64,000 bases of DNA, taken from the NCBI GenBank assembly GCA_965223005.1, contig CBDCVK010000002.1, positions 493,075 to 557,074 of the forward strand. The letters run 5' to 3'. The translations under genes were made by a program, and so were the position numbers. Under the pieces are notes generated by a model, which was not told where the DNA came from, ran no database searches, and saw only the letters and a list, made by a program, of their open reading frames with translations. This DNA comes from Terriglobia bacterium (lineage in GTDB: Bacteria > Acidobacteriota > Terriglobia > JAJPHL01 > JAPKYU01). Below are positions 61,932-64,000 of the stretch, one piece after another (position 1 is the first letter of the stretch; the number at the start of each line of letters is the position of its first letter).

Positions 61932-63536
61932 TCATCTCCTTTGAAATTCCGGCGACCCGAGAAGCAGTCCAGCCATTCCGACCGGCTCGCTTTCCTTGCT
62001 GAGCGCCGCCTGGGTCCGCTGGCTGAGGTTCGGCAGGCGCACTGCCTGGGGCCGGACTCGCACACGGGGGAGCCGGTTGGCAGCCAGGGCGGTGGCAAAG
62101 TTAACTCGGTTGAGCATCAACCCGGTATTGACCCAAGCCTGGGCCACGTCGGGGTAGCCGGTGGGAGGCTCGCACAAATACAGAGGTTCCCCCATCCGCG
62201 CCACGGCTTGCAACAATGGCGGCGAGAAGCCGACCTCGGCGCCGGAGGCGCGCAGCGCGCTGGCCACCAGCTCCACCGGCTTCTTGACTTTGGCCCGATA
62301 CGCCTCAGCGGACAAGAACTCCCGGGAGCGGAAGATGGTGCGCAGGGTCTGGCGGATGTCGCCTCCGCTCCGCCGGAACGTGGCGGCGGTCCGCTGTACC
62401 AATGCCTCCGGAGGCTCGTCGGCAACGAAGCGGCGCACCAGCTTGGTAGCGATGAATCGCGCGGTCGAGGGGTGATTCACCAGCAGGTCAATCACCTGAA
62501 TACCCTCCCGCTCTCCGCCGCCGCGAATCTTGACCCCCAACACCCTCTTTTCGCCGCGGTCGTGCATGCGAGAGTGGAAGAGGTATTCCGCGCCCCGGCG
62601 CGGCCGGAATGTCCAGCCGGTGAAGCAGCGCGCCACTTCCACCACGTCTTTCTGGGTGTATCCGCCGTCTACGCCCAGTGTGTGCAGCTCCATCAACTCG
62701 CGCGCGTAGTTCTCGTTCAGCCCGCGTCTGCGGTTCCGCTCACGTCCGCCGCCGCTGTTGGGCGCCGAGCTCTGGAAGTTGTCGAGATAAAAAAGCATGG
62801 CCGGGTGGCGGGCGGTGGCCAGAACCAGGTCGCGGAACTTGCCCAGCGCGCGCGGGCGAATGGCGTCGCGCTCATAGCTGGTCACCAGCCAGCGGCCCAT
62901 TCCTTTGCCCATGTGGACGTTGAAGTGGTTCATCCAGAAGTCCACCATTTGCTCCTGAAGCTGGCGCTTGCTGTAGACGGCGCGAAGCAGCTTGGCCTGT
63001 TGCAGCTCGACCACGATGCGCCGCGGCGAGTGCGTCCGGAAGAAGCGTCGCTGCTCAGGGCTCATCTGCTCCATCATGGCGCGGCGGTCCGTGCCTTTCT
63101 CCATCATGGGCATGTCCTTCATAGGCGAGTCCTTGAGGAAGCGATCATAGAGCTCGCGGAGGTGAGGTGGCACGCGCCGGCCCTCACGGATGGCCTGCGC
63201 CACACGAAGCAGTTGGCCGGGCCTTGGGTATCGCTGGAACAATTCCCCGCTTGAGAGGCGCAGCGTCCCCATCGGCTCAAGGCGTTCTTCCAGCGCGCTG
63301 TCGTTTATCTTTTCCGGGTTCAACTGCTGGTCGATGTAAGCCTGAACCCCCATTTTGCGAATACGCTCGATGTCACCCGGCCGCGGACCGTAGCCCAGCC
63401 GGTTCAGCACGTGCTCCGCTTTCTGCTCCGCGCTCAGGGGAGTCCCCGGCTCCGTGTCCGCCGAAGTCAACTGCGTCCGAGGGAAAAGAAACATCAGGGC
63501 TAATAAGAGATGGCAAAAAGTGCGAGAGTGTCTCAC
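61932..63536 (-). CDS. DUF1800 family protein
   Basis: HVLNRLGYGP, QLQE.MVDFW.NHFNV, AML.YLDN, NENYARELMELHTLG, SPEFQRR. Confidence 0.92.
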   Translation of the reverse strand: MRHSRTFCHLLLALMFLFPRTQLTSADTEPGTPLSAEQKAEHVLNRLGYGPRPGDIERIRKMGVQAYIDQQLNPEKINDSALEERLEPMGTLRLSSGELFQRYPRPGQLLRVAQAIREGRRVPPHLRELYDRFLKDSPMKDMPMMEKGTDRRAMMEQMSPEQRRFFRTHSPRRIVVELQQAKLLRAVYSKRQLQEQMVDFWMNHFNVHMGKGMGRWLVTSYERDAIRPRALGKFRDLVLATARHPAMLFYLDNFQSSAPNSGGGRERNRRRGLNENYARELMELHTLGVDGGYTQKDVVEVARCFTGWTFRPRRGAEYLFHSRMHDRGEKRVLGVKIRGGGEREGIQVIDLLVNHPSTARFIATKLVRRFVADEPPEALVQRTAATFRRSGGDIRQTLRTIFRSREFLSAEAYRAKVKKPVELVASALRASGAEVGFSPPLLQAVARMGEPLYLCEPPTGYPDVAQAWVNTGLMLNRVNFATALAANRLPRVRVRPQAVRLPNLSQRTQAALSKESEPVGMAGLLLGSPEFQRR

Positions 63537-64000
63537 CTTTAGTTGAAAGTCGAGCGGCGGTTCGCTGACTTGGTTCCGCAGAATCGGGTTGGGAAACTTT
63601 CTGGAAAGGGGAACCGCCGTGCAGAGAAGCTACCACATCCTAGGCCGGAGCGATAGCCGAAGCTCCCGCAAACTGGCTGCCTACCTGGCTCGCCACGGGC
63701 AGTTTCTGCTGCCCTGGGTGGAGTTGATCGAACAATCGCGGTTAGCCGTCGACGAGCTGATCGACGTGGTGGGTAGGGCGGCGATTGAAGCGGTGCTGGA
63801 GTTGTCGGCCGCGCAGGTGGCCGGTCCACGCCGTCAGGGCCGGCGGCGCCGTGGGGTAGGCTGGTATGGGCGCCAGCGGGGACGGGTGCGCCTGAAGGAG
63901 AGAAAGCTGGCCGTGCACAGGCCACGGCTCCGGCGGCCAGGCCGGGGAGCGGGGAAAGAAGTTCCCCTCCCGGCCTACGAAGCCATGCAGGAGGGCGAGG
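63524..64000 (+). mobile_element. IS256 family element, left end and transposase N-terminus (GTG 63619, runs off the window)
   Basis: left-end-like GAGAGTGTCTCACCTTTAGTTGAAAGT; ORF LLP.VELIEQ...VDELID..GRA.IEAVL..SA..VAG...G...G.V.L..RK..V.RPRLR...EVP.PAYE. Confidence 0.8.

Overview
GC-rich bacterial chromosomal segment, most likely Acidobacteriota. This is inferred from two TIGR03437-like C-terminal domains, a DUF1800/DUF1501 pair and several Acidobacteria-type hypothetical proteins. Positions 1-24.1 kb and 39-63.5 kb are mostly core or housekeeping genes: obgE-nadD-rsfS-sigma54 activator-rlmH-cobO-accD-folC-plsC, a VWA/AAA pair, an Hfq-like gene, holB-tmk, yggS-yggU-symporter-peptidase, a DRG-like GTPase, ribE-ribD-ftsY, HD-GYP, ispG, arnT/lpxL, a PflX-like radical SAM, three tandem paralogous secreted proteins, an NHL-repeat protein and an RsbV/RsbW partner switch. 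About 24.1-39.0 kb is a patchwork accessory region. It holds (i) a tandem two-domain cytochrome P460 plus a signal-peptide-bearing truncated globin, bracketed by repeated palindromic sites; (ii) gene fragments, IS3 and IS1595 remnants; (iii) an AhpD/CMD-family gene with an in-frame UGA in a CxxU motif followed by a SECIS-like hairpin (probable selenoprotein, split in the ORF track); and (iv) a translationally coupled S8 protease + MBL-fold hydrolase pair resembling protease-activated defence effectors. An IS256 transposase begins at the right edge. Several accessory genes carry indels, many in homopolymers, so sequencing error and true pseudogenisation cannot be separated. No rRNA, tRNA or CRISPR array was recognised. 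All family calls come from motif recognition by eye, not from database searches.
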